Positions 26,201-38,300 of a stretch of DNA of 64,000 nt are shown piece after piece. This DNA is from Gnetum montanum. Its lineage: Eukaryota > Plantae > Gnetophyta. Position numbers and translations under genes: made by a program. The notes beneath the pieces were generated by a model, which saw nothing but the letters and a program-made list of their open reading frames with translations, was not told the DNA's origin and did not search any database. The stretch is from NCBI GenBank assembly GCA_015680685.1, contig MNCI01000958.1:145646-209645 (forward strand), written 5' to 3'. How positions within the stretch are numbered: position 1 is the first letter of the stretch; each line of letters starts with the position of its first letter.

Positions 26201-29200
26201 GTAGTTAGAAACATGCACCGCTCCAAGGCTACAAACTCGCTCGGTCAAGGTGGATACAATCGGTTGCACAACGTGATGGAGTGCAAAAATCCCGAGAGTA
26301 ACCAAGGCGTGTCGAGCAAAAGAGCTATGCGATTGGACGCGGACTTGGGTACAAACAATGCGGGGTTCTACCAAGGTGGTAGAATGGAGACGGGACCCCA
26401 CGCCAGCTAAGAGAGACTCACTGTTTACAGTGTTAAATAGATGACTTTGATGTTACAATGTTGAAGAGAGGAGAAGTCTTTGTTTTAGAATTCCAAAGTT
26501 CCCACCCCTTGGGAGCTGTTTGCTTCAAGAAGGATGCCAACTCTTTTGAAATTACCAACTTTTAAAAATTGCGGACTTCTTTTGCATGCTTTTTGCCGAG
26601 GTATTTATAGAACCAAGGGCGTGCGAAAGGGGTGGTTTGAATGCTACGTGCCTCGGGCCTTCGTTGTCTTGCTGGCGCCACTTGTGCCGTTTGTGATCGT
26701 TGGACCTACAAGACCGTTGCGATGCGAACCTGTATGCAATAACTGCAATCCTACTACGCTGTAATTGCGTCGTCAACGTCTGAAGACGTGTGCCAACGGT
26801 CTAATTAGGTGGAGTGCATTGATGTCGCACAACCACCTGCATGCCTTACTGTGCTTTGTGACGTAGCATGCTTGGCGTAGCGTAACACTTTGTTGTGCGT
26901 TCTGCTATATGTCACATGCTTGCTACGCTATGCTACGCTACGTCGCGTAGCGTAGCGTAGCAACTGGCCTTAGTCGCGAAAGCTTTGCCGATTTGCAAAC
27001 CTTGTCTCCTGCGATGCAAGTCTTGCGAACTCCGTTGACTCCGCCTTTCGAACTGCCTTCTGTCTCTTCCGCAGGATTGCTATGCCTTGTTGCGCCATGT
27101 AGCTCAGCGTAGTGTAGTAGCAGACATGGTTTGCCGCTTCCTAATGGAAAGGGATATCATTGCAGAACTCAAAATTGGGCGAGGGGAGTGGGTAGTGAAG
27201 TCGTTGTCATGCTACGCTGCGTGGTGTAGCGTAGCGTAGCACTTCGTTCCGCCATTGTCTTCTGAAGCTTGCTACACTACATAGCGTAGCAGGCTTCATG
27301 ACTTAGAAAACTTGTCGAACTGTTTTTTTGCGCATCCAGAATGCTACTGCCGACTCCGCGCACTGCTTCTGAACAGGCTGTTGGCTGGGCGGGCTACTTT
27401 GGTGGATAGGCGGGATGATGTGGAGCTTATCCATGCCCAAAGTAGAAAATTTGCCGAACTGGCCGGTCTAAACTTAGAACGCCCTTCTTCTAAAGAACTG
27501 CCATAGTACTGCACGGATTGCCGTGCCTGGTGAAGCGAGAATGACCTCGCATTTTTTTGGGGTGTTTCAGCAATGAACGACTGCAAGGCTGAAAACTTAC
27601 TTTTGGCTTACTGGGAATCCATCTTACAGATTCTATGGAGAGCTTTTGCAGTTTAAAGTTCATTAATTTGTATGTGCACCACTTAGATTTTTTTTAAAAT
27701 TATTCCCGTTAAAAACCAGATGGATCTATTAGGCAGAGTCCATTGAACATTTCAATAACATGAAAGGCATCTTCAAGAAATAACCTGAAGTCAATTTATG
27801 CAGTTTATAAAGATTGTAGAAATTATTTGTATAAGGCTGTACTCTATTTTATTCTATATAATTCAGTGCAGCTAGCTCTCAGTTGTAAAAAAGCTGCACG
27901 GTAATGAAAATCTTGGGTTATGCCAAAAACTATTATTAGTGGTTGACAATTACCAATGAGATCATACAATTAGTTTTCTGTATAGCACTTTTCAGTTATC
28001 AGGGCTTTTATGCTGTACATAGCTGAAGTTCCTGTTATCATATGCAGGAGAAGCCATTGTGTCTGCTGTTACAAGTGGAAGTAAGCGGTTCTTTCTTGGC
28101 ACGGACAGTGCTCCTCATGAAAGAAAGCAAAAGGAATGTGTTTGTGGATGTGCAGGTATCTTCAATGGCCCAGTTGCACTACCAATTTATGCAAAAGTTT
28201 TCGAGCAGGTAAGTATTTTAGTCTATTGTCTTCCTTTCACGTAGAAAGGGCTATAGAGTAAACATTGTGTTTCCTTTGCATTGAGGAACTTGATTTTCTC
28301 TATTTTATTAAACCAAGAAAACATTAGTTAAAAGTATTTTATGCTTCAGAGACAGTTTGAAAATTAAAAGAAAATAATCATATTGATCAACATTGTACTA
28401 GAGTCTGATTTCTCCATTCAAATATGATAGAATTTGGGAGCTAGAAATTCATTGAATAAATAGATTTTAGTTTTTACTCTTTCAACTGGAACCAGTAATC
28501 TTCATATGTGCAGCAACTCTTGAAATATCATTTATATGAATATTGTTTGTGAACGTCCGTTTTAGAATTCTGAGATAAAGTCCTTCTTTGATTTGAGGCT
28601 TTAATCTCTATTCATATAATCTTTTTTACTTGTCAGAAAAAATATTAATGTAACTGAAACTAAACTTTTTAATTACTTTACTGTGGAGACCTTTGGATCT
28701 ATTGGGCAAAAATAAGTTTTGGCCCTTTTCCATTCCAGAATTTATTCTTTTAAATGCCAAACCTATGATTTGGTGGATTATGGATGCAAGCCACGTGTGT
28801 ATCCAAAAATTTATGTTCTGTCAAACAATGGCATTTTGAATATACTTATTTTGTTTTATTGACATGCTGACAGCTGTGTGGTTTTGCACATTCAGTAGTG
28901 GGTTCTGTTAAGAACGTTCATCCTTTTTATATGCTGACTTTTCATTGTTTTTTATTTGCTGGCTTTCATTTACTATCCCGTTCATTCATATCCAATGAAC
29001 TTCTTGGATGGACAAATATTTCTGTTTTCTGTTATTTTTCATCATTACATTTTAACAAGTTCTGCGATAAACAGGACTTTTCATAGTTTTTCATTTGCTG
29101 GCTTTCATTCACTCTCTCATTCATTCATATCCAGTGAATTTCTTGGATGCACCAATATTTCTGTTCTCTGTTATTTTTCATGGTAACATTTTAACAGGTT

Positions 29201-32200
29201 CTGACATAAATAGGTCTGTTATGTCAGGAAGAGCTGCTGCAAAGACTCACAAGTGTGCATAAAGGGTAGACATATTTTATTTTTCTGTTGACCTTTTAGT
29301 AGGCAAAATGATGAAGTTCAAAAACATAATTGTTAACCTGATTACGGCAGTGGCATAGATAAACTTATTAGTATAGAGGATGAAAACTCTTTAGAACAAT
29401 AGAATTACGATGTTGAGAATGTGATGGCTTTCATGTGGACAGTGGAAGATTGTTCCACTTCTCTAGACTGTTTGGTGTCATTTTTAAAATCACAGGACGG
29501 ATTTTTAAAATCATGGAGTGTATGAAATTAAATGATCCTCTTATGTGGGATTAACCTCTATTCCCTTGTCTGTATGATCCATGCTTGACTATGTACTGGT
29601 ATAATTCTTATCAGTGCCCTCTATTGTGGTAAGGATTGTTGTAATTCAAGATCTGACACAACCTACCACAAAATTGAGTTAGACAATTTCGTGACCACCA
29701 AACGGTCTAAGAAAACCAAATTTTCAATTAATTTCCATCAAATCTAAAGGGGAGTTGTAGATTGTTGGGAAAAATCTGACAGTTTGAGCTAAATGTTTTC
29801 GCCAAACATTAGCGGATAGAAAACAAAATTGAAAATTGTTCATGCTAATAGCAAATGAGTAAAGGGCATATGAGATGCAAATTCAAAATGAAACAGAGTG
29901 TGACATGCGGTTGGCATGAAAGGTGATTGGTGAGAGAGCATAAAATGGAGTAGATCCAATTCGTTAAAGCGTTAAATTGAAGAGAGAAAACTCATAAAAT
30001 AGATCTATATCAGAATCTGGATAATACCAAAGATAGAGAAACTTGATAAAGGCAAAATCCCAATTACAAGAGAAACCAGAGAAATGAAGACCTGCTAAAG
30101 ATGTTCTAGAAGATGTACCAGGGATTAGAGGTGTGTAGTGAGGAGTTGTGTTACCCCATTCTTTCTTCGATGTGTGCACTTGATGTAGAGTTGACAAAAA
30201 CAATTGCAGATTCATCAATTGACCAAGCAGAGGGATGAATAAGATTGGTGTGTTGACTTGATTTTGAGTAGCTGTCCATGTGTCAAGAGGATAACACGAA
30301 GGGGATACAAACACATCAGCAGGGAAAAGAGGAGAGAAATCAGAGGATCTGATATTTCTAGAGGGAGAGCAGTTATTTTGTAGAGAGGTAGAGTCTTTGG
30401 AAAGAGTTTCCAAATCGCCAATTGCAGAGAACATTAACAGCACCGAGGAGCAGAGAGAGAGTTGAAAAATGCTATTTTTCAGCAGATCTCTGAAAAGCTA
30501 GGTGGAAGGAATGCCAAACAACCAAAAAGCCAATGTCTTTCTGTTTGGGGGTACTCTCTTATTTATAGACCAAAAATGCCTTGTAGAGCTGTAGAAACAA
30601 CACATTGGGGCCCACAAAATCTTTTGGAAAGTTCTACTTTTGAATAGGAGAATTGACATGTAGATCGGTTGCTGTGAGCATTGATGTGGAATGTTGAAAG
30701 CAAAATTGACACCCAACGTTGAAAAGCTGGTATACTGCAAAAGCAAAATTTGATGCAGACACCCTTTCCATTACCTGACCACCACACTAATAGCAACAGG
30801 GTCAGGCAAACGAGACGCAGGATCCTATATGCTTGTTCTGACCTAGGATAATCAGTTTAAGACCATGATAAAATGTTTTGATGCTATCCTGCACGACCAG
30901 TGTGGTTCTATCAATATTCAAAGTACAAACAAGGAGGATCCAGACTTTTTTGTTTTCAAATGGTCAACAAACTAAAAAAAAAAAAGGAATGGCCAGTCAA
31001 AATGAACGACCAATGTCAAAAGTGAAATTGATGTTGGATGTTGAAAAGCTAGAAACAGAATTGATGCTGGAGCTGACGTTGAACATCAAAATTGGAAGTC
31101 GTAGATGATGAACCAAAAAGTATCGCTACTGATGATGTGAGATGTCACTTCTAGCAAGCTGAAGATGGAGATCCAGAAACTACATTGCAGATGATGCAGG
31201 ACATCGAATTTGGACTGCCAAAGATGGCTTTAAGCTAAAAGCCATAGAATGCACCTAGCACTTTATGAAGAAAAAGCCAAAGTGGGTACAACACCCTCAT
31301 CTAATGTTGAAGTCACTTTTTGAGATTTTGGGTTTTGAAGTAGATCTACAAACAATGTGATAGACTCACAGACATGTATTGACATTTATATAGTGATGAA
31401 CGGAAGAATATTTTGATTATACTATCGGGTCTTTCCATAATTTATGTAAGCTAGTTTGCACCCTGGATTGTGCAACATTTCATGAAGAAGCTACCACAAT
31501 AAGAGACACATTAAGAATAACTTTGCATTTGAAAATATACCAAACAAATGAGCAACTTATGATTTTATGTACATCACTCTTGCTGTCTCGAGTTTAATTT
31601 GTCATGGCATTGGTGGCAGAGATCATCATAATTATCCAATGACATCAAATTATGAAAAAGCAACAATGTATGAATTATGTGAGGCTCTGAATTTTGGCGC
31701 AATTTTTTAAGGATTTGTAAACTGCGATGTGCTTAATTTGTAGTGAGATTTATTCATGCAATGTTCTAAAAGACGGCTGCAAACCTTCAGGCGTTAAGAT
31801 TGCCAGCATGTTGGAAGGAGTATATGGTTACAACTTTTATTGCTAGCCACCATAGTGTGTCTAAATTGCTTTCTATCCCTTAAAATGTTTAGCGATTCGT
31901 TTCTTTTGAAGCTCAAAGATCTCATGTGCACAAAGCATTCCAAATTTTACTTGTAAACCATTTTCTACCAATTCAAGTTCACATTGCGGTGATATGTTTT
32001 TAAAATTTTTAAAAAGATTTTAGCATTTAAAAATGCTAATTTGCAGCTGTCTAAACATTATTTCAAGTATGAGTAATTGTGAGGCAGTGTATAAAGATAC
32101 ATGATTGCCATCCTTGCAAACATTCTTACAGAAGCAACATTTGATAATCGTTAATCATCTTGTTTCATGATGTTATCCATTGTTAAAAATTTCTCTTTGG

Positions 32201-32898
32201 GAGATTTGAGAAAACACATGAACTTTAGAAATAAGGTCCACATTCTTACGACAATTGAATTTCTTATCTATTACTTATCTTGTGTATAAAGTTTCATAAG
32301 CCTGGGCCAATTGTTACGAGTGTGTTTTCTTCTATGAACACACTTTCTCAAGTTCTTTCTATATTGCTGAAGCACCAATAATATGCTGTCTTTCTACAAG
32401 TTCTGTTTTGTTTAAGCATTTTACTTATTTACTTAAGCCTATATGGTATCCTCATTAATAATCTCCATGCTCACTTTCCCAAAAAGAACCATATTCAAAT
32501 GATGTAACTTTTTGATAAATTTATATCTTTTGTCTTCAAAGTGAATACACATTTGAGTAGCATTAGTTCTCTATTCAACGCACTTGATTATTGGGCATTG
32601 TTTCCTTTTACTGATTCTCCATATAGTTTCTTAAGTGTTAGCAGATTTATGATTTCCAAAGCTTAAATGTTTTCTGACCTTGTTTTCCCTTAAATATATA
32701 CAAATTTAGGCTGATGCACTTGACAAGCTTGAAGCATTTACAAGTTTCAATGGGCCAGATTTTTATGGTCTTCCCCGAAATACATCAACCATCACCCTGG
32801 AGAAGACTTCTTGGCAGGTTCCTGATGAATATGATTGTGGTTTTGGAACACTTATTCCAATGTTAAGCGGGCAGACCATGGAATGGCAAGCAAGTTGA
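5297..32898 (+). CDS. PYR4: Dihydroorotase (pyrimidine de novo synthesis), 8 exons, about 396 aa
   Basis: Exons 5297-5416, 5656-5774, 8062-8243, 8335-8471, 8680-8845, 8957-9073, 28048-28208, 32710-32898; all GT-AG and phase-consistent (1191 nt). Motifs [65 protein letters not shown]. Exon 1 is less certain than the others; a second ATG lies at 5671. Confidence 0.95.
6300..7550 (-). mobile_element. Possible highly degraded L1-type LINE remnant in PYR4 intron 2
   Basis: Minus-strand translation TKGGFGL...IKFWHNS resembles the post-RT GGLG and FWxDxW motifs of plant L1. Boundaries approximate. Confidence 0.35.
7580..7935. repeat. Tandem duplication, 2 x about 178 bp
   Basis: acagttataatta...cctgcatccctgagtagtttca occurs twice in succession. 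Confidence 0.9.
9914..10068 (-). mobile_element. Short retroposed element (Au-SINE/RTE-like 3' end) with 17-bp TSD
   Basis: Flanked by tttattcatcatgcaac at 9897-9913 and 10069-10085. The internal aaagccttac...atcccactaagtagggtc resembles the reverse-complemented RTE/Au-SINE tail. Confidence 0.55.
10086..11770 (-). repeat. Tat element 3' LTR (1685 bp)
   Basis: tgtagcgatc...gggtgtttca; collinear with 25875-27569, differing mostly by transitions. Confidence 0.95.
11771..11784 (-). other. Polypurine tract of the Tat element
   Basis: Minus strand cgaagaggggccaa directly precedes the 3' LTR. Confidence 0.8.
12971..14245 (-). pseudogene. Tat integrase
   Basis: HEGLCGGH...YYWP...CDTCQR zinc finger, [25 protein letters not shown]. 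Confidence 0.95.
14255..16472 (-). pseudogene. Tat RT, RNase H and additional archaeal-type RNase H (aRH)
   Basis: [29 protein letters not shown]; aRH LHFDG...[11 protein letters not shown]...[10 protein letters not shown]...[12 protein letters not shown] few stops and a frameshift near 16160. Confidence 0.95.
17161..17170 (+). promoter_or_regulatory. TATA box of the antisense cargo gene
   Basis: ctataaatag, 160 bp upstream of ATG 17321 (context gccATGG). Confidence 0.7.
17321..21707 (+). pseudogene. Antisense spliced cargo gene of the Tat element: FCP1/HAD-like pseudo-phosphatase, PMD/transposon-like domain, acidic linker and coiled coil (about 1,100 codons; now carrying transition-type stops)
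   Basis: Exons 17321-17430, 17945-18391, 18475-18767, 18853-19899, 20033-20565, (20668-~20744, uncertain), 20816-21491, 21573-21707. Introns 1-4 and the last intron are GT-AG and phase-consistent. Starts MAPKTHL; [10 protein letters not shown]...[23 protein letters not shown]; [18 protein letters not shown]...YNWAEFL. Confidence 0.85.
22275..23276 (-). pseudogene. Tat gag-protease linker and aspartic protease
   Basis: [30 protein letters not shown] and [10 protein letters not shown] are typical Tat/Ogre protease-region motifs. Confidence 0.9.
23381..24882 (-). pseudogene. Tat gag (disrupted, with probable internal deletion)
   Basis: Starts [11 protein letters not shown]; capsid-type motif [17 protein letters not shown]...LARKALDWY; stops and frameshifts; the domain ends abruptly near 23420. 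Confidence 0.85.
24956..25830. repeat. Tandem array of about 6 diverged 120-170 bp units in the Tat 5' leader
   Basis: Recurring ggcttta/g...ggatcc...ggaccgtcgaggcgaccgatcta...accgtaa starting near 24956, 25122, 25291, 25449, 25571 and 25691. Confidence 0.85.
25851..25868 (-). other. Primer-binding site complementary to tRNA-Asn
   Basis: The plus strand reads gccctccttctagcgcca, matching the 3' end of plant cytosolic tRNA-Asn(GUU) plus CCA (tRNA sequence recalled, not looked up). Confidence 0.8.
25875..27569 (-). repeat. Tat element 5' LTR (1695 bp)
   Basis: tgtagcaact...ggtgtttca; PBS immediately internal. Confidence 0.95.
28939..29213. repeat. Tandem duplication, 2 x about 137 bp, in PYR4 intron 7
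   Basis: tttcat..tttgctggctttcatt...acattttaaca..ttctg occurs twice. Confidence 0.85.
29800..31300 (-). mobile_element. Degraded L1 LINE (APE endonuclease region) in PYR4 intron 7
   Basis: Minus-strand fragments in APE order: WWSGNGKG (like SWNxRG), IGDLET (GDFN), DTWT (YTW), PHYTPL (SDHxPL). Boundaries approximate. Confidence 0.5.
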
Positions 32899-34550
32899 AT
32901 GGTCTCTCCACTAGCTTCTGCCTATTTGAAATATCTGAAATTTTCTTTCAGAGGAAGTCTTTGTTTTTAATTTTTTAAAGTGAAGGATATGACCAGCATT
33001 ATCATTTTCTTTAATAATGTGTGTGCTTGGATCTTAGTAATCTATGCAAAAGTATAGAAATTAACAGGATACACAGTTACCGAGCTTAAAATATGAAACA
33101 TTGTTACTTCTATACTGCAAATAATAATGCTCTATTTCATCTAAAAATAATGCCACCATGTAAAATTTATTTGGTGACTTAAGTTCTATTGTTCTCGTTA
33201 CGTGCGGCTTCATAATCGCTATGAACTTGTATACTTAATGTGACTGGATTCCGTATTAATGTCATATCTCCAATTTCTTGATGAGCTTGATACTTGAAAA
33301 CATTGAATAATGTATATGTTTTGTCATTTCGTGTCCTCTCTCCTTTGATATTCATACAAGCCTAATCTTGATTTTTTTAATTAGGTGGCCCTTCCTATCC
33401 TTGCAAGGAAAGAATTCCTTGATGAAGATTTTTATGAAAAGAATAAGCCTCCATATCCGTCTGCTATTAACAAAAGGTGATGGACTTTGACCCCTATTCA
33501 TTCTTTCTTATCCTTCTTAGAACAAACGAATCTTTTTGATGAAGATTCCTTTTGAAGATTCGATGTTCCTATGAAAATGTTCTTCATGTTTGATAATTCA
33601 AATAAATAATTCCACAATCAAGTCATCATTCCCTCTCTATTCTTTATCATTAGCACTTAGAAATTTCATCAATACAACCAATACTTTGATGAATAAACAA
33701 TCATAGGTGGACTATTTTTTTAGAATCTGAAACAATGAAGATTTTGCTGACCACAATTCCAACATGATTTTGAATATAACACTGCCATCAATGTAACTCA
33801 TTTTGCCTTTTGCCTTGATATAAATGCCTGATGTAGATACCAACTTTCATGGATTGCAAGTAATATTGACCTTTAGCCTTCAATTATTATACCAAAATTA
33901 CTTGTGAGAACTATGCCTTCTGCCACTATTCATACTAATAAAGTAAAGATACTTGCAATTTCATAATGTGCATCCATTGGCAAATTAACATACTAATTAA
34001 AAGTTTGTTGAAAATTGCTAGATTTCTAACACATTGGTCACCATGTTCTTTGGCAGAACAAACTTTAGGCTAGTTCACCGTATGCTTCTTTCTTTTCATA
34101 TTATGATTCTAACTAAAGCATTATTGAATTTTTTCAATTTTATCTAAGATGAATTTGGATTTTTTAGAATATGTCGTGGTAAAGTAAAATGATGGGTTGG
34201 ATTCAAGCATAAACTTAGTTGAACTCTGCTTACTTGACAGAGTAGTTTAGCTTTCCAAGGCTTGCTTAAAGGAATGCAAAATGTCTTTAACAATATAACG
34301 TAAGTAATGTGAATCTTTTCATTTAAGGAAAAAGCGTAAGCTTAAAGGAAAAGCAAGCAGAAAAGCTATGAGCTTATAATTATGGATTTAAGGTTTTTGA
34401 AGCAGGTCCTAAAGTAAAACAATGGAATTAGATTCAAGCATAAGTTAGCTGAACTTTGCTAGCACTTTGCTAGCTTGAGAGAGTTGTTTAACCTTCTAGG
34501 ACTTGTTTGAAGGAATGCAAAATATCTTTTTTAGTAACATAAATTAAATA

Positions 34551-35010
34551 GCATGTGCTTAAAAGAATATCTTTTAATCTTAGAAAAATTGTATGTTTTA
34601 TGGAAAACATGGGGAAATAAAATAAGTGGAAAAAGAAGTGAGAATAATCTTTTGAAAAATATGTTTGAGCTTAAAAGAATATCTTTTGAGGTAAGAAAAA
34701 TTGCAAGTTTTATGGGAACTTGGGGAAACAAAATAAATGAAAAATGAAGTGAAAATGATCTTTGAAAAATATGTTTGAGGTTAAAAGAATATCTTTTGAT
34801 CTCAGAAAAATTGAAGTTTTATGGAAAACGTGGGAAACAAAATAAATGGAAAAAGAATGAGAATAATCTTTGAAGTTTTATGGAAAACGTGGGAAACAAA
34901 ATAAATGGAAAAAGAATGAGAATAATCTTTGAAAAATATGTTTGGGGATGTGGGGTATGGGAAACAAAATAAATGGAAAAAGAATGAGAATAATCTTTGA
35001 AAAATATGTT
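34551..35010. repeat. Tandem array derived from the tRNA-Ala 3' trailer
   Basis: About 5 units of gggaaacaaaataaatggaaaaagaatgagaataatctttgaaaaatatgtttg. One junction contains tggggatgtggggtat, a copy of the tRNA 3' end. Confidence 0.85.
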
Positions 35011-35083
35011 TGGAGATGTGGGGTATCGATCCCCATACCTCTCGCATGCAAAGCGAGCGCTCTACCATATGAGCTACACCCCC
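35011..35083 (-). tRNA. trnA-UGC: tRNA-Ala (anticodon UGC)
   Basis: GGGGGTGTAGCTCATATGGTAGAGCGCTCGCTTTGCATGCGAGAGGTATGGGGATCGATACCCCACATCTCCA; full cloverleaf, G3:U70 alanine identity pair, upstream TATA and CAA, downstream T-run. Confidence 0.97.
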
Positions 35084-35368
35084 GTTGCATTATAACGGAT
35101 ACATTTCCTTAAAATGAAGAATCATAGAAAATTTGGAGATGCCTTGCCACCAAAACAAAGCAACCCTCTTGTTCAACTTTTGTTTTGAAGGACAATAAAG
35201 AGGAGCATCGTGGGTGTAGGGGCCTAAATTTCGGCTTCTCGGACGCAACACAAACCCCAGCAGCGTCTGCAAATCAGTAAGTTCTGCGGTTAAGCTGCGC
35301 AAGTGTGAATCTCTGTGCGCAGATATCGTCGACGAAAAGCCAGAACAAGTTGTTGCTGTTGATTCGCT

Positions 35369-38300
35369 ATGACGACGCAGAAGGACATGGACACCGATTC
35401 CCCTAATTCTCCACAGCCTGTCTCCGTTGTCGCGCGTAAGTTTTGGTTCTCTCTACCCTACTTATCCAAATTTCTGTCTAGCAAGGGTTTTGAAACAAGG
35501 TTTTGGTTTGGGCGTTAACGTACGTTGTTGCGTTCAGATCTGAAGAATGTCGCGGTGCTTATCGAGAAGGGCGTTGTGACGAAGGAGGTGAGGCTTATGG
35601 TGAGGGCCGTTCGCCTGCTTATGACTTTGCGCAGAAAGCTCAAGGCCGAAGATATTCATGAGTTTCTCAGGCACATTCTTCCGCCTGGCTCGGATGTTGC
35701 TGCTCGCCTTCTCAGTTACTTTTCGAAGGTGCTTTGTTTTTGTTCGTTTTTTGTTAAATCAAAGTTTTCGGCTGTTTTCCCTGAGTGTATGTGAATATCA
35801 TTTAGTAAATGCAGTGCGCTTGTTCGATTAAACACAGCGTTTTGTTTGAATTAGCTGCAAAGTGCTGTAAGGTATATTTTTAAGTCCTGTTAGTTAGAGA
35901 GTTATTTATTTATCAGTTGAGTTTCGATCTTTGTATATTCTATGGCACTCGTATGGAATTTCTGAGTGGACGGAAATTTTGAATTAAGTGGCCGAGGCCA
36001 TAAGTCTTTGTGATACGGAAGTTTGTCGTTCATTCGAGTATACACACAAAATTTGCTACTAGTCTAATAATTTAAGCAGAAAATATCCAAATGCCGGCAT
36101 AGAACATATTGCATTCTTTACAGAAAATGCTAATTTAAGATGTTAGAATTATCCGTACCGTATGCAGACATCTTTCCTGGCAATCCTCTGCGGAAGGTAA
36201 GGTCTTATAGTTGCTTGATAGATGAGATTTTCGTGAACAGGGGTTCTCTTATAAATTTAGGGCTTTCACTATTATTGATGCTGCAGCAATTGCTAGGATA
36301 ACTTTTGAATTGTTTTGTTGGAGGAGAGGAATCATGATTGTCTTTGCCATATGTTTTAAAGAAAACTGAATAGAATGCGAATGTGAGCAGAGCATTTTTA
36401 TTATGTCCATGCAAGATATCAAAGGGCCCATTGAATGACCATTTTTGCATCGAGTCGAAAAAATATTTCTTAATGAAGTGATTCATAAAGATAGGATTCA
36501 GTTGTAATAGCTTGGGCAATGTTGTATAACAAACTTCGGTGCATAACAAACTTCGGTGCGTTGTCCACTACACTCTGGAAGCAAAATCCACAAATGATTT
36601 GTTACAATGGAGGAGGTGAAGTGATCCTTTTATTTCAACTCAGAAGTCTGGGATCCCATTCTAGCTTTAGCAATATATGTTTTTAAATGTAGTGGGATTG
36701 CAGAACAAGAAAATGCACATTCTTTACTAGACTTCTCCTTGGATACGCTGAATAGTTTTTTCTTTAATTAGTACTTTTTTTGAGGGATGAGGACCACATT
36801 TAGGATATGACTTTTGCTTCAAAATTAGGAGGCTAGTTAAATCACTCTATGTTGTAGCGTATCTCTTTTTCATAAGAATTATGTCTCTATGTCTGCAAAA
36901 CAATAAGGTTTTGAGTACTGCAGTCTTTTTCAATTAGTGCAGTTAATATCCTTACCAGATAGTGGCAGATTGATTTCTATTAGCTTTGGGACAATTTTAC
37001 TTTAGGGGCCTAGCAGTTTTCAAAAACTAAAACCGCCTGCATGGGGATTTCAAAAATCTGGAAAAAACATCAGACAGTCTGAAATCATACTGTATAACTA
37101 TGAAGGAGAAATACAGCAGTAGAATTGAATTATTTTCACAGAAAACTACAAAAAGAAATCCGAGTAGAATTTTTTTTATGTAGATGAGACTGTAAAAATG
37201 AAAACTGGGGCATAAATAACTGTTACAAGGCAATTTCAACCATGACCAAAAATGTCGGAAGTTGATAATTCTAAAGTTGAACTTGAGCATGAAATTTCGA
37301 GGCAGCAGTAAGTGGTAATATGTTAAAAGTGAAGAAAGACAGCTAGCATACAGTCGCCTATTTTTCATTTTCATCCTCTGCCTACCACACGCAGGTATTG
37401 AGAACCTATGGTTGATCAACAAGGCCTCCCATCTACCTAGCAAGCATGAAGGTCTGTAGCTTCAATTCGCTTAGGTCTTGTTCACCTGTGCAACACTTGT
37501 TTGTTGCCATTTGACCTATAATGTCTGGCAGAGCATGGTCGTTTATGATGAGCTTCATCAGAAATAAACATTGCCAATGTGCCATCCACTGCAGACTTGT
37601 ACAGAGGCTGCTATGGAGGGTTAAGTTCAACTACCGTACTTCAGCACCACTGGTATTCTCCACCAGCACTAAACCCTTCCCACAATCATGCATCTTGGTT
37701 GTTAAAAGCTGCTTTTGCAAGGGCTTAATAGTTTTCAAATCTTTCAAGCCCTTAAAGTAAAATTATTCCTTAGCTTCATTATAAATGCAATTAATAGTAG
37801 GAACATGTACCTTTATGATTAGATTGGATTGTTTTAAGTTTGGAGAACGATGATTATTTATGTTGTTTAAAATAAACAAAAGGCACTGAAGTTTTTCTGG
37901 TTGTCTATTGAGAGCTCTGCTCCAACGTGCTTTGTTTGTTAAGTTAATGTTAACAATTGAGAAGATTTTCACACTCAAGGACAGAATCTCTCACTTTTAT
38001 TCATCAATCGGTCTATAGAATAATTTTATATGAAAATGCACTATTTTGTTTCCTCAAACTGTTCATTCCAAGGTACTTTTTAATGTGAATCATCTCTGCA
38101 GCGTATTTAGGCGTTTCATTTGATTAATGACAGGAAGATCAGAAAGATATGGAGATTGACAGTCCATCAAATTCCAGTCTTTCTTCCAAGCATTCGATTT
38201 TGCCAGAGATAGAAGTTTTTGCTTTTTGGCTGGTGCTTATCTTTTTAATTGATCAAAAGCAATTTGACGAGGTGAGTTTTTGTTTTGGCCTGATGACCTG

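Larger units (their letters stand above)
10086..27569 (-). mobile_element. Ty3/Gypsy LTR retrotransposon, non-chromovirus Tat lineage (Ogre/Retand/TatIII-type domain order), 17.5 kb, inside PYR4 intron 6
   Basis: LTRs 10086-11770 and 25875-27569 with TG..CA ends; TSD gcaac/gcaat; tRNA-Asn PBS; PPT at 11771-11784; order gag-PR-[insert]-RT-RH-aRH-INT. Confidence 0.96.

Noticed and set aside
33270-34100. Possible MULE transposase remnant
   Set aside because: Too degenerate to support any motif or terminus.
34802-35090. ORFs overlapping the tRNA
   Set aside because: Artefacts of the tRNA and the adjacent tandem repeat.
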